In this document: positions 62,386 through 64,000 of the stretch, one piece after another
Layout of the letters: each line of letters begins with the position of its first letter
Position numbering within the stretch: the first letter of the stretch is position 1
Assembly (NCBI GenBank): GCA_002269645.1
Contig: NIVC01000925.1
Span: 1 to 64,000 of the forward strand
Direction of reading: 5' to 3'
Origin: Macrostomum lignano
Lineage: Eukaryota
Length of the DNA: 64,000 bases
Notes under the pieces: generated by a model
The model's database searches: none
The model's input: only the letters and a program-made list of their open reading frames with translations
Told to the model about the DNA's origin: nothing
Translations under genes and position numbers: made by a program

Positions 62386-63309
62386 ATATTATGTTGGGTA
62401 TCAATCTAGATTGTGTAGGTCACTGATGTACTGTGAGCATTAGGTGTACTACTTAGTTTTACATCAACTAATCAACTAATTTTCAGCGTTTAGTTATTGA
62501 AGTTTCTGTGTCCAATTTTTACCGACGAAAATATTAGTTACTAACTTGTCGCTTGTTTAGCAAACAATTAATTATAAATTATTGCAATCGAGTTTTTATT
62601 TAAGTTGTGTGCTTTTGTGTATATTGATAGCAACTAATTACAGTAGTATAAGCAACTGCTGCTTGCTTTGCTTATATTATAACCGACCTACTGCTGCAAT
62701 ACTATGCTTCGCAAAATTGTCATTTATTATGTTAATTAAAAATATAGTTACCTTCTCTATAGCTGTTTTTGTTAGTTTACAGTAAAACTAAAGTTAATTT
62801 ACCCTTAATTGATTAGTAGGCACTCCAGGCTTTTTGCTTTTTCATTTCGCTTCATTTATTAGCTAATTTTTGTCACCTGTCCTAATTGTCCCTTCTAAGT
62901 CAACTTTTGAATCAACTACTGATTAGGGCTTGATAAAGTAGTATGTAGCGAAATGTTGCTATTTTTTGTGCAATACATTTTTGCAATAATTTTTTAACAA
63001 GAATTGTGTCTCTCTAATTAAGGTCGGTCTATTTTCCAAAAGGATTCAATTGATTGTTGAAAGATCTTTTTGTCGAAGATCAACGATTTTTTTATTCTAG
63101 ATATTTATTACATAATTAATTGATAATTAACTTTTTTGAAATTATTCGCTCGACACAGTCTTTATATATATAAATAGATGTATATTATTACACTTGCCTA
63201 TGCTTATTGTGCAATCCTATGTCGGTTTTTTATGACTTATTTTCTTTTGTATACTGTCTAGTCATGAAATATCCCACTATTATTTTAAACTAGATAGTCT
63301 CTCAATTCT

Positions 63310-64000
63310 ACTCCAAATAAACTCCCAAATCTAGCCCAAATAATCTACTAAATCTACGAGTACCCTAAATAATTTCCAAAATCTACATCAGATAGTCTCC
63401 CAAATCTACCTCAGAGAATCTCCCGAATCTACCTTTTTTATTAGAGGCAGGGGGGTTGTGTGCACCCTGGCGCACTTTAAGCGACATAGGCACACAACCG
63501 GCGAGAGGCATTACTGCCCATTCCGCCGACTCCCCTGAGCAGGCATACAAGCGCGCGGATACGTACGCAGGCACACACTCACACAGGAGTGTACAGCGGC
63601 CCTAACGTTATATTATCGTTAGGCATGTACACTTCACTGCGCCTTGGGGAGTTGGCTCTCAAGGCCGTTGATTGCACGAGCAGAGCCAAGCCGAGATTCC
63701 AATTCAGCCCCAAATTAATGTGACTGCACTTGGAATCGAGCCTGGGTCGCTGGAACACCAGAGCAGCTGCGCTACCGCTGGGCTACGGCCCCCCTCCCGA
63801 ATCTACCTTTGATAATCTCCCAAATGTACCCCAGATAATCTCCCAAATATACCATAAATAATCTCTCAAATCTACCTCAGAGAATCTCCCGAATCTACCT
63901 TTGATAATCTCCCAAATCTACCTTAGATAAGTTTCCAAATCTACCTTAGATAAACTCCCAAATCTACCTAAGATAGACTCCCAAATCTACCTTAGATAAA
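63310..64000 (+). repeat. About 22-bp minisatellite (CTCCCAAATCTACCTTAGATAA)n, interrupted by a SINE
   Basis: Degenerate tandem units on both sides of the insertion, running to the window end. Confidence 0.85.
63437..63793 (-). mobile_element. tRNA-derived SINE, apparently full length
   Basis: Minus-strand head GGGGCCGTAGCCCAGCGGTAG (box A) ... GGCTCGATTCC (box B); A-rich tail TAATAAAAAA; flanked by direct repeat CTCCCGAATCTACCTTT (63420-63436, 63794-63810); related copies elsewhere in the window. Confidence 0.8.

Overview
Repeat-rich animal (metazoan) genomic DNA: GT-AG introns, TTAGGG-type repeats, no prokaryotic features. Four host genes are supported. (1) A 5'-truncated, divergent importin-alpha with a long 4-aa-repeat tail (5768-8017). 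(2) A complete 10-exon DNAJC10/ERdj5 (27773-39305, 895 aa) whose first thioredoxin CXXC is lost. (3) A complete 4-exon GLOD4 (42371-45341, 307 aa). (4) A G-protein gamma subunit (about 61103-61314) with an apparent 1-nt frameshift. Almost every intron carries its own private minisatellite. The rest is transposon-derived: two families of head-to-tail non-autonomous Helitron-like units carrying internal satellites, telomeric repeats and (family A) tRNA-like A/B boxes; a dead hAT transposase with a second hAT element nested in it; a MULE-like element with a decayed spliced PHD finger; a Gypsy relic; a 3.1-kb long-TIR element; a Sola-like insertion; foldback elements; and a tRNA-derived SINE family. 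Positions 1-5641 are a near-identical copy of 14313-20038, either a tandem segmental duplication or an assembly artefact. All calls were made by eye from the sequence; no database search was run.
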